Shown: positions 54,201-62,201 of the stretch, piece by piece | Layout of the letters: every line of letters starts with the position of its first letter | Position numbering within the stretch: the first letter of the stretch is position 1 | Source of the DNA: Nitrosopumilaceae archaeon | GTDB lineage: Archaea; Thermoproteota; Nitrososphaeria; Nitrososphaerales; Nitrosopumilaceae | Assembly: GCA_965214835.1 (NCBI GenBank) | Contig: CBDCCK010000002.1 | Span: forward strand, 1,760,001 to 1,824,000 | Direction: 5' to 3' | DNA: 64,000 nucleotides | The notes under the pieces: generated by a model | The model's database searches: none | Told to the model about the DNA's origin: nothing | What the model saw: only the letters and a program-made list of their open reading frames with translations | Made by a program: the position numbers and the translations under genes

Positions 54201-55411
54201 TGGAGGAGGCCGGATGGGACGCCGAACCTGAGGAGATAAGGGCCGCCCTCCCAGAGGCCGCATCCCGGTACGAGGGGGCAATCGGAGACATAAACCTGAA
54301 TGCGGCAGGAGACCTGGACTGGTCCGTGTATGCCGTGTGGGGGATAGACGACTCGGGCTGGATGCGCCTAGGCGTCTGGGACGACGGATTCAAGCCCGAC
54401 TCGAGGGGCGGCGGCAACGACGACGAGTGGCAGACTGCCCCGACCTTTGGCGTATCGCCGCAGACGGGCGGCCAGATGGTAAGCTGCGGATACTCCATGG
54501 ACGGCATCTGCCGCGACGTGCTTGACTATCACGTCGATTACAGGCGCGAGTCAATACAGACAGACACAAAGCACGACTTTACGCTCAGGGCGCACTCTGT
54601 CACAGGAGTCCAGCAGTTCCAGATAGGCTTCGGGGTGCCCGGGGTCGGCTCGCCCATAGGCGACTCTGAGGCCGTCCTGACCGTCGAGCTCGGGCGCGAC
54701 TATTCTGCAGACTCTACATACGAGATACTGGATGCCGTATACACGGATCCAAACGACGTCATAGGCGAGGCCGCCCTAGACGTGGAGCTTGTCGGGTGCA
54801 TGTCCCCCGGGGATCCCACAAGATGCGTCGAGCTCTCAATTGAGGGGCTGCTGTTCCGCGAGCAGATGTACCACGAGCCCTTTGTCATATATGTGATGGA
54901 CGTGCAGCGCTGGAGCGCGCAGAACTACATGAACGAGGGCCTGCTGGTACAGGGCGACTCTATGAACCCGGCGCCGCTGGATACTGCGGGGATATACAAG
55001 CGCGGGCAGCAGTACGAGGCGGCCGTCATACAGCTGGAGCGCACCGACAAGCTGGCAGACCTGTGGGCCGACCAGTGGGGCAACGAGTGGGCCCGCAACT
55101 CGCACGGAACCTGGTACAGGACCGTCCCCGACGCCTTTGAGCGCCACCAGGACGACATGTGGACGGTGATGAACAGGATGAACTCCAACTTTGCGACACT
55201 CGTGCAGGCCGAGCAGGACAGGGCCGTGCTGGTATTTGATGCGGCGCAGCTCGTACGGGAGCCCGGATCCGTGTTTGCATACGAGTATCCTGACATACAG
55301 CCCGGGGACGTGCGGCTTGAGCAGCTGGCCGACGCTCTGCTTGCAGAGCGGCTCAGGGCGCAGGAGATCATAGACAGGATGATGTCCATGACATACCACG
55401 TATCGGACTAG
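48284..55411 (+). CDS. giant secreted/surface protein: three blocks of seven LVIVD-like repeats, Ig/cadherin-like domains, two DUF5011-like domains, a type I solute-binding domain and a C-terminal domain
   Basis: Signal-like N-terminus ending AYAQ; about 51-aa repeats NTYAAVAS..DDGLQIVDVTDP; VTITVDDGRGG Ig units; YIDPGAEA/YTDAGATS units; MGALIPQTGGLG...SGP..S LivJ-like domain. Confidence 0.85.
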   Translation: MMFIAAAVSGLAAAGGLQEAYAQHPLVEVTATGMLDNNNSIELDSPYAVDIFTIGGNTYAAIAARLDNGLQIVDVSDPDNPAPAGKLEDTEGSNELLLEGAFDVDVFMIGSNTYVAVASFVDDGLQIVDVSDPANPSAAGSLGNDGTRELNGARGVDVFTIGSNTYVAVASFDDDGLQIVDVSDPANPSAAGSLGNDGTRELNGARGVDVFTIGSNTYAAVIAETDDGLQIVDVSDPDNPAPAGKLEDTVGSDELLLDDPYDVDVFTIGSNTYAAVASWADDGLQIVDVTDPDNPAAVGSLGDGGSRLLDGASAVSTFTIGDKAYAAVTSTADDGLQIVDVTNPASPAAVGSLKDGGSRELDGALGVNVFMIGSRTYAAVTSFLDDGLQLAEISQIPASPDSPIPSGSLPDGTSLLLEKSRSVDTFEIGGSTYAVAVSSSENGTQIVDVTNPAAPTATGNLADDTTRLLEGARGVKVFMAGGNTYAVVTAHGDDGVEVIDVTDPDNPASVGRLADDGSRLLDGATAVTTFGIGTDTYAAVTSQHDGGLQIIDITNPASPAAADKLEDDGSWLLGDTSAVDTFEIGGSTYAVVASWADDGLQIVDVTDPDNLAAAGQLADDNDLLLRGIRDMAVFETGGSVYAAVASWADDGLQIVDITDPDNPAAAGKLADDNDLLLDGASGVEIFRTDMKVYAAVASQTDDGIQIVDITDPDNPLGAGLVGDGPLYSLDAARDLAVFMMGSNTYTVVASDTEGLQTVKLTEAHNNAPVLGTIGDQTAAPDIQLVITPTVTDADSTDTHTYLISRGTLPAAAVFDTADGSIVWTPVQGDVGQTHTVTITVDDGRGGADSETFDIVVGELAAVGSLGDDTNLLLGGAHDVDTFTIGQNTYAVVVAETDDGIQIVDVTNPASPVAVGHLSDDTNILLDGPRGVDISVIGGNTYAIVATYFESALQIVNVTDPTDPVAAGSLKDTNSLELETPQAVAVFTIGSNTYAAVASYQDNALQIVDITNPAAPMATGNLKDGGSARLDGPRDVEIFTIGSNTYAAVASSLDNALQIVDVTDPADPTPAGRLSDTGSRELGGPRGVEIFTICSNTYAAVAAYKDHGLQIVDVTDPADPMPTGKLEDSNSRNLQSPRGVAVFTTGSNIYAAVASFHDDGLQIVDVTDPTDPTPAGRLSDTGSRELGGASAVTTFTIGSNTYAAVASTSDNGLQLARLGAEAGTLPNCVPVLGAIGNQTATPGMQLTITPMVTDADTTDTHTYSITRGTLPAAAVFNTSDGTLVWTPVQGDVGQTHQVTITVDDGRGGTDSETFDIAVADEGTIPPNSSPVAPNETATTAEDTPITITPAISDPDTSDTPVISAVENPPNGSATHDDTTITYIPDQDYVGTDTFGYTISDGTDTAQGTVTITVTRDNNDPVMDTIGNQNAVLDIPLTVTPRVTDADTTDTHTYSISRGTLPAAAVFNTSDGTLVWTPVQGDVGQTHQVTITVDDGRGGTDSETFGITVAARAVIILNGTDPWHHELGDDPYIDPGAEATDGSTVNTDASAVDVNVAGNYTVNYTATDTQGDIIMANRTVQVRDTTPPVIDISGNPQVTTPLGSEYTDAGATSTDNDPNYADAVSDDAASVDTSRPGTYTVTYTATDAAGNTGTATRTVTIPVEYITMGALIPQTGGLGGQLGEHHTFAANAAVDDLNAYLERNGAVWRADQLVINDTEAADVQTLIRSLDSAGITMVSGPVRSSELDAIRNYADSNGMILVSCCSTALSLAIEGDNIFRLAPDDSQQGSVIAGLLGDEYEKDVMVVVWRDDIWGEGIRNSAVTEFEALGGTADELGSYDPDDPDLDGTFEALAARLSTAVSGHVENVGADRVSVLFIGQEEMSRFVAKAAGHPVLGTVQWMGSDASVNSAALVDAPRVFEFLRDADFQASVFAEDSDSPAYRYLTDLIDDEFGTAPAVYTYGMYDTIWVMGLALEEAGWDAEPEEIRAALPEAASRYEGAIGDINLNAAGDLDWSVYAVWGIDDSGWMRLGVWDDGFKPDSRGGGNDDEWQTAPTFGVSPQTGGQMVSCGYSMDGICRDVLDYHVDYRRESIQTDTKHDFTLRAHSVTGVQQFQIGFGVPGVGSPIGDSEAVLTVELGRDYSADSTYEILDAVYTDPNDVIGEAALDVELVGCMSPGDPTRCVELSIEGLLFREQMYHEPFVIYVMDVQRWSAQNYMNEGLLVQGDSMNPAPLDTAGIYKRGQQYEAAVIQLERTDKLADLWADQWGNEWARNSHGTWYRTVPDAFERHQDDMWTVMNRMNSNFATLVQAEQDRAVLVFDAAQLVREPGSVFAYEYPDIQPGDVRLEQLADALLAERLRAQEIIDRMMSMTYHVSD

Positions 55412-55492
55412 CCCGGCATGGATACCGGGCCGACAGAGCCTGCAAGGCAAAAGTGTATGGTTGCATACCTTCAGCCAACTAGGCATGTGTGG

Positions 55493-55597
55493 GTAACAGC
55501 TCGGACTCGAAGTCCTGGCGTGAGTTTTGCCGCCGGGGATCTTTGCAGATGTAATCCGCACCTAAAATCGTAAGTCACCTCAAGCCCGAACTGCTAC
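55493..55597. mobile_element. MITE family A, copy 3
   Basis: GTAACAGCTCGGACTCG...CCCGAACTGCTAC; aligns with the other A copies. Confidence 0.75.
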
Positions 55598-55607
55598 CGG
55601 GCAGGGC

Positions 55608-56906
55608 CTAAAAGACGCCCCTGATTTTGTCAACGACCTTCTGTGGAGTCTCCCCGAAGACTAGCATCATCGGCTCCTTTCCCCAGTCACCCCTGTGGAA
55701 GATCACGTCCGGCGCAGACTCGGCACCTGCGATTGCCGACTTGATTCCCCATGGGACCGACGAGCCCTCCCTCCTTTTGGTACGGGCAGGCTCCGCGCCC
55801 CTGTCATAGCTTAGAATCGTCAACCTTTTTGATTTTAGCTTGTTCAGGGCTTTTGCGTCATATCTTACGTTTACTCCAGAGCGGATTTCTGGAAACCTCC
55901 TGCTGACCTCCAACACTGCGGATGCCACGTGCCTTGATCCGCCTAGTTCTATCCCGCCTGCAACGATTACCCCCTCCCCCGCCCTGACTATTCTTCCCGC
56001 AACCCCCGCAATGTCATCGGTCCGTCTTGGATTGTGCCTTGAGAAGACAAAGTTGGTCTGGCACTCTGGTATTGCCCTGTGTATGTTGCTTATCGTTACA
56101 AACTCTGCGATTCCGCCCGCAAGGTCGTCTTTAACATTGCTCTCTAGTCTCTGCTCTGCTATCCTGACACCCCTGCCGATTCTCTTTGCGCCGATGATTG
56201 AGCGTCTTGCAAACTCGCCTGCAAACCTTGCCGCCTTGAAGATATCTGCCCCCCCTGCTATGGATACTGCCAGTGCCGCCGAAAACGTGCACCCGCCGCC
56301 GTGGCTCTCGGCCCTGATCCTGCCTGACACGATCTTTTGTTCCCCTGACTTTGTCCTGACAAGGTCTGCAACGCCGTCTTTCTCGTCGATTCCGGTTATG
56401 ACGACATTTTTTGTGCCCATCCTGACTATCCTGTCTGCCATTTTTCTGATGTCTGATCTTCTAGTCATTTTGATGCCTGAGACGGCTTCTGCCTCCTCCA
56501 CGTTTGGAGTGATCGCATAGGCCAGCGGGACAATCATCTCCTGAAAGTCCTTTACCGATTCCTTTTTTAACAAAACCCCGCCCGTCGTGGATCTTATCAC
56601 GGGATCAACGACGATCGGAGTACTTGATGACCTCAGGGCGCCATGCAGGACCGCAATGGTCTTTGAGTCATAGACCATCCCTATCTTTATCACGTCAACC
56701 TCAAAGTCCGACGTTACGGATTCAATCTGCCTCAGGATTGTCCTGGCAGGCACCGGCGTGGTCGTGTGGTATCCTGACGTATTCTGGCCTGTAATGGCCG
56801 TGACTACCGTGAGGCAGTAGCTGTCCAGCAGCTGCGCGGTCCTGATGTCGCTCTGTATTCCCGCACCCGCAGAGGGATCCGATCCACCTATTGACAAGAC
56901 ATTCAT
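55608..56906 (-). CDS. thiD: bifunctional HMP/HMP-P kinase - thiamine-phosphate synthase (ThiDN)
   Basis: SIGGSDPSAGAGIQSD, TPNVEEA, HGGGCTFS; C-terminal ThiN IPECQTN, GGSRHVA, GDWGKEPM. Confidence 0.93.
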   Translation of the reverse strand: MNVLSIGGSDPSAGAGIQSDIRTAQLLDSYCLTVVTAITGQNTSGYHTTTPVPARTILRQIESVTSDFEVDVIKIGMVYDSKTIAVLHGALRSSSTPIVVDPVIRSTTGGVLLKKESVKDFQEMIVPLAYAITPNVEEAEAVSGIKMTRRSDIRKMADRIVRMGTKNVVITGIDEKDGVADLVRTKSGEQKIVSGRIRAESHGGGCTFSAALAVSIAGGADIFKAARFAGEFARRSIIGAKRIGRGVRIAEQRLESNVKDDLAGGIAEFVTISNIHRAIPECQTNFVFSRHNPRRTDDIAGVAGRIVRAGEGVIVAGGIELGGSRHVASAVLEVSRRFPEIRSGVNVRYDAKALNKLKSKRLTILSYDRGAEPARTKRREGSSVPWGIKSAIAGAESAPDVIFHRGDWGKEPMMLVFGETPQKVVDKIRGVF

Positions 56907-56959
56907 GGCCTTCCATTGCTGTAATGCCGGGTCTGGTATTTCAGTATCCATGTGAGATC

Positions 56960-57739
56960 TTTTTAAGCATTTTCCAGGATTTCGTGATCTGGGGCATGGC
57001 TTTCGCCAGGGTTGCTCCATTTCCAAAGGGATGATCGGACATGTATCCATTCGGGGCTTTCCCCCGATACCATCTTCATCCATTTGTTAGGCGATCCCGC
57101 AGTTAGTTCCCCGAGGCATTATCCTCATACCTGTCTGCCCGTCCGGCGACACATTCCTGGGCGTCTTGTTATAGTACAGCGCCATCCGGGTTGCCCCGCT
57201 GGTAACAGGTTAGCCCCTGCCTAGGCAGCAATCAGGCGCGAATCTGCCTGCAGTTGTGATTTTCATGCCTGGCCGGCAAGGGACGCAACTCCAACTCTAG
57301 GCAGGGGCTAGCCTGTTACCCCCGCTGTACTGCAACGCCCTGCGCGTGCTCCAGCCCCTGTCCTTCAGTTCGGTTATGACCGTCACCTTTTGCCTGCCTC
57401 CAAGGTTTTTTAATACCGCATTGGCCACGGCGTACTCTCCGACTATCTTCTTGAGCGATTCGATCTCCTTTTGCTGTCACTCCGTTGACTTGTGGCCCCT
57501 GCACGACAGTGAGGCGCGTCCGGCCTGCAAAAAGCGCTCCCTCCACTGGTAAAACGTCCTCGGGGAGAGGTTGTGGCGGCGGCACAGCTCTGCCGTCTCG
57601 ATGTTGGCGTTTAGGCGCCCCCATGACTATCCCCATCCTGTCCTGTGTACTCCATGTTTTCTTGCTCATATCTGTGGTTCGACCTCCTGACTCAAAGTGT
57701 GCGAAAAAAAGCGTTCCTATTCTAGCGGGGTCCGCACCA
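56960..57739 (-). pseudogene. IS3-family remnant (OrfA and start of OrfB) with left end TGGTGCGGACCCC
   Basis: MSKKTWSTQDRMGIVM...AELCRRHNLS HTH with frameshifts; interrupted by MITE D. Confidence 0.7.
57202..57319. mobile_element. MITE family D (118 bp)
   Basis: 23-bp TIR GTAACAGG(T/C)TAGCCCCTGCCTAG; exact 8-bp TSD CCCCGCTG. Confidence 0.92.
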
Positions 57740-58024
57740 GTCGATTACGCATAAAGTCTAATGACAACAACGCTTCCAAGGATTTTGTTTTCGTACCATT
57801 TCCAGAACCTACCTAACGCATCCATGCATGGTACTGATCAGGGTGGCAGATAAATGGTGCGAAAGTTAAAGGTGCCTAACTAGTCCACACTAATTTTTTT
57901 GTGCGTGTTTTTTGAAAAACCAGCACGAGCCAGCCCCTGATTGATGAGAATTCTCAAATACCGGCGGCGGTAAACAGAGTCGTTGATCATCGGAAAAATA
58001 AGAAAAGGTGAAAAAACAACCAGA

Positions 58025-58192
58025 ATGAATATCGACATCATCTGCACAAACTGCAGCAAAAGGGTCCCGGGTGGAATAAAGGCATCAGAGGGATTTTCAA
58101 AAACCAGGGAGTTTCAAGACGAGGTCTGCAGGATGAGGAAGGGCTATCTGTGCGGAGCCTGCAGGGATAGGAAAAGAGTAGACTTTGCGTAA
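58025..58192 (+). CDS. small CxxC...CxxC zinc-binding protein; stop codon lies in MITE E
   Basis: ICTNC...LCGACRD. Confidence 0.6.
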   Translation: MNIDIICTNCSKRVPGGIKASEGFSKTREFQDEVCRMRKGYLCGACRDRKRVDFA

Positions 58193-58254
58193 TCGGTGCA
58201 GATCTAATTATTACGAGCAAATTCATCTCATTCAGGTCGATTACGCATAAAGTC
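58181..58254. mobile_element. MITE family E (about 74 bp)
   Basis: TIR GACTTT(AT)GCGTAATCG; inverted copy at 63574-63646 and half copy at 57741-57758. Confidence 0.8.
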
Positions 58255-58267
58255 TAGTGGGCGCATC

Positions 58268-58576
58268 TTGAACCCACTGTTTCAGCTAAGCACGCGGTCA
58301 TACGGGAAGGAGATTGTGATTGTGAGAAAGGCATTGTCGGATTTGGAAAAAGAGTGCGGCACTGCAGGAGTGGTCATCGGGGAGCCGTTTGACAGATTCG
58401 GATGGACGTTTTTTAACGTTCAAATCAGCGAGGAGATGGCCGGAATCATCGAGGGGTCAGGCATGATGGAGGGGGCAGCCGGATACAGGATCGGAGAGCA
58501 GCTTGCCAACTTTGTCGGACACTATCTTGATACGCGGGGATGCAACGTGCGAATCAAAAAGATCGACTATGGGTGA
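58268..58576 (+). CDS. hypothetical protein
   Basis: 102-aa ORF with TTG start; contains EPFDRFGWTFF. Confidence 0.6.
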   Translation: MNPLFQLSTRSYGKEIVIVRKALSDLEKECGTAGVVIGEPFDRFGWTFFNVQISEEMAGIIEGSGMMEGAAGYRIGEQLANFVGHYLDTRGCNVRIKKIDYG

Positions 58577-58932
58577 GGTGCTTTACAATACGGCAAGTCC
58601 ACCGGGGACACGTGTAGCGCAGCTGGCCACCAGCGTGTTCTGCTGGACACCAAAGGCCCAGGCGATTATCCAAAGGCGCCAGCCGTGCTGACAGGTAGCG
58701 TGCTGCATGACCCGGGTTTTAGGCGCAGAAAAACCTGCCGCCTTTACGCGTTCAGGCACGGCCGGGCAGCAAGACAAGGGCGGCAAGAGGGGCACAGCCT
58801 GACTCAGCCCCCGCTCGGGACGCGGCCTCCGGCCCTGCCTCCGGAAGGCAAAGAGGCAGGCACCCGGCGATCACGCCTGACTGGGATCGTACAGTTTATC
58901 AGCCCGCAGCATGGTGGCCACACGTAGGCGGA

Positions 58933-59568
58933 TTGAAGACCATAGTAATCTTTGATTTTGATGGAACCATAGCAGACTCGGTACACCTCTTCATAGAGGC
59001 CATCAACAAATTTTCAGGCAGCTTTAGATACAAGAAGATCAAGGGGGACGAGCTGAGGATGCTACAAGGAAAGCGCCCCAGGCAGATCCTAAAGCATCTG
59101 GGGATCTCGCTGCTCAAGCTGCCGTTTGTCCTAAAGAGAGTACGCCGTGAGGTCAACAAGGGGGTGGCACAGGCAAGGCCGACAGTCGAGATCAAAGAAA
59201 CGCTGCTGGAGCTAAAAAAGGAGGGGTGTGAAATCGGAATCCTGACGTCCAATACGGAGCAAAACGTCAAGGAGTTCCTCATAAACAATGACCTGGACGT
59301 CTTTGATTTTTTGTATTCGGGAAACAGCATGTTTGGGAAGGGAGGGATCCTCAGAGCAATCATACGCAAAAACAGGCTTCAAAAAAGCAGGATATACTAT
59401 GTAGGAGACGAGATCAGGGATATTGATGCCGCAAGAAAGACGGGGGTCAAGATGATAGCGACATCGTGGGGATTCAACACCATGGAGGCGCTAAGGGGGG
59501 AGGGGCCTGACTTTACTGCAGAGTCCCCCGAGGATGTCAGAAACATCATCCTGGGCAAAAAAGAATAA
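58933..59568 (+). CDS. HAD-superfamily hydrolase
   Basis: IFDFDGTIADS motif I, ILTSN, YVGDEIRDI. Confidence 0.9.
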   Translation: MKTIVIFDFDGTIADSVHLFIEAINKFSGSFRYKKIKGDELRMLQGKRPRQILKHLGISLLKLPFVLKRVRREVNKGVAQARPTVEIKETLLELKKEGCEIGILTSNTEQNVKEFLINNDLDVFDFLYSGNSMFGKGGILRAIIRKNRLQKSRIYYVGDEIRDIDAARKTGVKMIATSWGFNTMEALRGEGPDFTAESPEDVRNIILGKKE

Positions 59569-59601
59569 ACATATACCAATCCCGTCCCCCCGCAGCATAT
59601 C

Positions 59602-60141
59602 ATGAGCAAGAACTTTTGGCACGACATAGAGACGGGTAGCGACATACCTGAGATCGTAAACGTGATCGTGGAGATTCCAAAGGGCTCTCAGAACAAGTAC
59701 GAGTACGACAAGAGGCACAACATGATGAGGCTTGACAGGGTCCTGTTCTCGCCGTTTCACTATCCCGGGGACTATGGAATCATCCCCCAGACGCTGTCAG
59801 AGGACGGGGATCCGCTGGATGCGCTGGTTCTGGTGACAAATGCGACATATCCCGGAATCCTAATCGAGGCCAGGCCGATAGGGCTGCTGCGCATGAAAGA
59901 CGACGGGGCGCTGGACGACAAGATCATCTGCGTCTCAACCAACGATCCAAGATACCTGCACACAGCGGACATATCAAACATCGAGGACCACTACAGGTCA
60001 GAGATTGCGCACTTTTTCCAGGTGTACAAGGATCTGGAGGGAAAGAAGGTCGAGATACTGGGCTGGGAGTCGGCAAGAGATGCCAAGTCGGTGATTCTGG
60101 ACTCTGTCAAAAACTACAAGAGCACCCTCAAAAAATACTAG
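59602..60141 (+). CDS. ppa: inorganic pyrophosphatase (family I)
   Basis: EIPKGS.NKYE, YG.IPQTL.EDGDPLD, DDKII, HFF..YK.LEGK. Confidence 0.96.
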   Translation: MSKNFWHDIETGSDIPEIVNVIVEIPKGSQNKYEYDKRHNMMRLDRVLFSPFHYPGDYGIIPQTLSEDGDPLDALVLVTNATYPGILIEARPIGLLRMKDDGALDDKIICVSTNDPRYLHTADISNIEDHYRSEIAHFFQVYKDLEGKKVEILGWESARDAKSVILDSVKNYKSTLKKY

Positions 60142-60308
60142 GCAGAAACGCCAGGCTGTAGGCATTTTTCCCCGCGCCATGGAACGGAGACGATCCCGCG
60201 TGCGGCTGCCAGAAACGTGCGGCAGGCTGCCCCCAGCGTACCGGCCCGAAAACCACCGTCCTTTTTCCAAGTATTGGTTTTTTAGTGGCATGCAATGCCC
60301 TGAAGAAA

Positions 60309-62114
60309 ATGGCAAAGTATCAGACGGGGCGCTGGGATCTAGCAGAGCTGGCAGTGGATCCGGGGGGTCCGGGGTTTGAGGCGCAGATCAGGGAGGCCGA
60401 GGAGCTTGCCAGGTCTTTTGGGGAACTCAGGTCTAGACTGAACCCCCGGATGTCGTCTAAGGAATTCATGGGGATCATTACAGACGAGGAGAGGCTAGTA
60501 GAAAAGATGGGCATGATCGGAGGCTTTGCGTCGCTCTCCTATGCGGCAGACACGCAGTCAGACGAGGCAACCTCGCTGATGACTAGGATCAGCAAGCTGG
60601 GCTCGGATATCTCCAACCAGGTGCTGTTTTTTGATCTCTGGTGGAAGCAAAAAATAGACGAGAAAAACGCCCAGAGGCTGATCAGGGGGGCAGGCGAGCT
60701 CCGAGGGCACCTCATGCACAAGAGGCTTGTCGCAAGGTACTCGCTGTCAGAGCCCGAGGAGCGCATAATCAACACGCTGGACGTCACGGGGGCCTCGGCC
60801 CTCGTAAAGCTGTATGACAAGATCACCAACGCGTTTGAGTACAGCGTAAGGGTAGGCGGCAGGGCAAAGACCATGACAAGGGAGCAGCTTACAAACCTTG
60901 TCAAGAGTCCAGATCCAAAGACAAGGGAGGCAGCTTACAAGTCGCTGCTGACAAAATTTGCAGACAACATGGGGGTGCTAGGCGAGATCTACCAAAACAT
61001 AGCGCTGAACTGGGGGGACGAGGGGATCGAGATCAGGGGACACTCCTCTCCGATCTCAATCAGGAACATAGGAAACGACATAGACGACAAGACGGTCGAC
61101 TCGCTGCTAGATGCCTGCAGGGCCAACGGCCAGGTCTTTCAGAGGTTCTTCGTCCAAAAGGCAAGGATGGCGGGGATGAAAAAGCTGCGCCGCTATGACC
61201 TGTACGCGCCGCCTGTGGCAGGGACGAGGGAGAGGAGGTACCCATATGACAGGGCAGTAAGCCTAGTCCTAGAGTCGCTAGAGGGCTTTAGTCCGAAGCT
61301 GTCGGACTTTGCAAGGAACGTCTTTACCGAGAACCACATAGACTCGCAGATCCGGGCGGGAAAGCGGGACGGCGCGTTCTGCAGCACGCCGTCGCCTAGG
61401 ATCACGCCGTTTGTGCTTGTAAACTATACCGGAAGGACAAGGGACGTCTTTACCCTGGCCCACGAGCTGGGTCATGCGGTGCACAGCCAGGCCGCAGGGG
61501 GGCGCTCGATTCTGGTGCATGACGCGCCGCTGCCGCTGGCAGAGACGGCATCCACGTTTGCTGAGCTGCTGCTATATGACAGCATCTCGGAGGGGATGGG
61601 AGAGGATGAAAAAAGAATCATGCTCTCAGAGAAGATCGACGACCTGTATGCGACAATCATGAGGCAGTCTTTTTTCACACTGTTTGAGATAGAGGCGCAC
61701 AGGCAGGTTGCCGGAACCACGACCGTTGACAAGCTGTCAAAGGCCTACCTGGCCAACCTGCAAGAGCAGTTTGGCAGCTCCGTGGCAGTCTCGGCTGACT
61801 TTGCAGCGGAGTGGAGCTGTATTCCCCACTTTTACCACACGCCGTTTTACTGTTATGCGTACTCGTTTGGCAACCTGCTGGCGCTGTCGTTGTTTCAGAG
61901 ATACAAGAGGGAGGGCAGGGATTTTGTTCCAGCGTACGTCGAAATCCTGGCCGCAGGGGGATCAGTCAAGCCCGAGCCGCTGCTCGGGGAGTACGGATTC
62001 GACATCAGATCCGCAAAGTTCTGGCAGGAGGGATTTGACTATGTCAGGTCGCAGGTCAGGGAGCTCTCAAGGCTTGCCCGGACGCAGGACTCGGCCGGAG
62101 GGGCCGCCCGGTGA
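60309..62114 (+). CDS. pepF: M3B oligoendopeptidase F
   Basis: GKRDGAFC, TLAHELGHAVH, AETASTF, HFYHTPFYCYAY. Confidence 0.92.
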   Translation: MAKYQTGRWDLAELAVDPGGPGFEAQIREAEELARSFGELRSRLNPRMSSKEFMGIITDEERLVEKMGMIGGFASLSYAADTQSDEATSLMTRISKLGSDISNQVLFFDLWWKQKIDEKNAQRLIRGAGELRGHLMHKRLVARYSLSEPEERIINTLDVTGASALVKLYDKITNAFEYSVRVGGRAKTMTREQLTNLVKSPDPKTREAAYKSLLTKFADNMGVLGEIYQNIALNWGDEGIEIRGHSSPISIRNIGNDIDDKTVDSLLDACRANGQVFQRFFVQKARMAGMKKLRRYDLYAPPVAGTRERRYPYDRAVSLVLESLEGFSPKLSDFARNVFTENHIDSQIRAGKRDGAFCSTPSPRITPFVLVNYTGRTRDVFTLAHELGHAVHSQAAGGRSILVHDAPLPLAETASTFAELLLYDSISEGMGEDEKRIMLSEKIDDLYATIMRQSFFTLFEIEAHRQVAGTTTVDKLSKAYLANLQEQFGSSVAVSADFAAEWSCIPHFYHTPFYCYAYSFGNLLALSLFQRYKREGRDFVPAYVEILAAGGSVKPEPLLGEYGFDIRSAKFWQEGFDYVRSQVRELSRLARTQDSAGGAAR

Positions 62115-62201
62115 CCCGGGGCCACGCCTGCCGGCCACATGTGGAAGATTCTGGCGTAATTTGGTCTAACCTTTAAATGAAAATTCTCAGTCCTGCTCTC
62201 A

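Noticed and set aside
49411-55561. Many minus-strand ORFs opposite the giant protein (likewise opposite SNF2, pepF and the transposases)
   Set aside because: Antisense shadow frames expected in GC-rich coding DNA.
58577-58932. GC-rich intergenic stretch as SRP RNA, RNase P RNA or a riboswitch
   Set aside because: No conserved SRP helix-8 or RNase P motifs recognised; an Rfam search would be needed.
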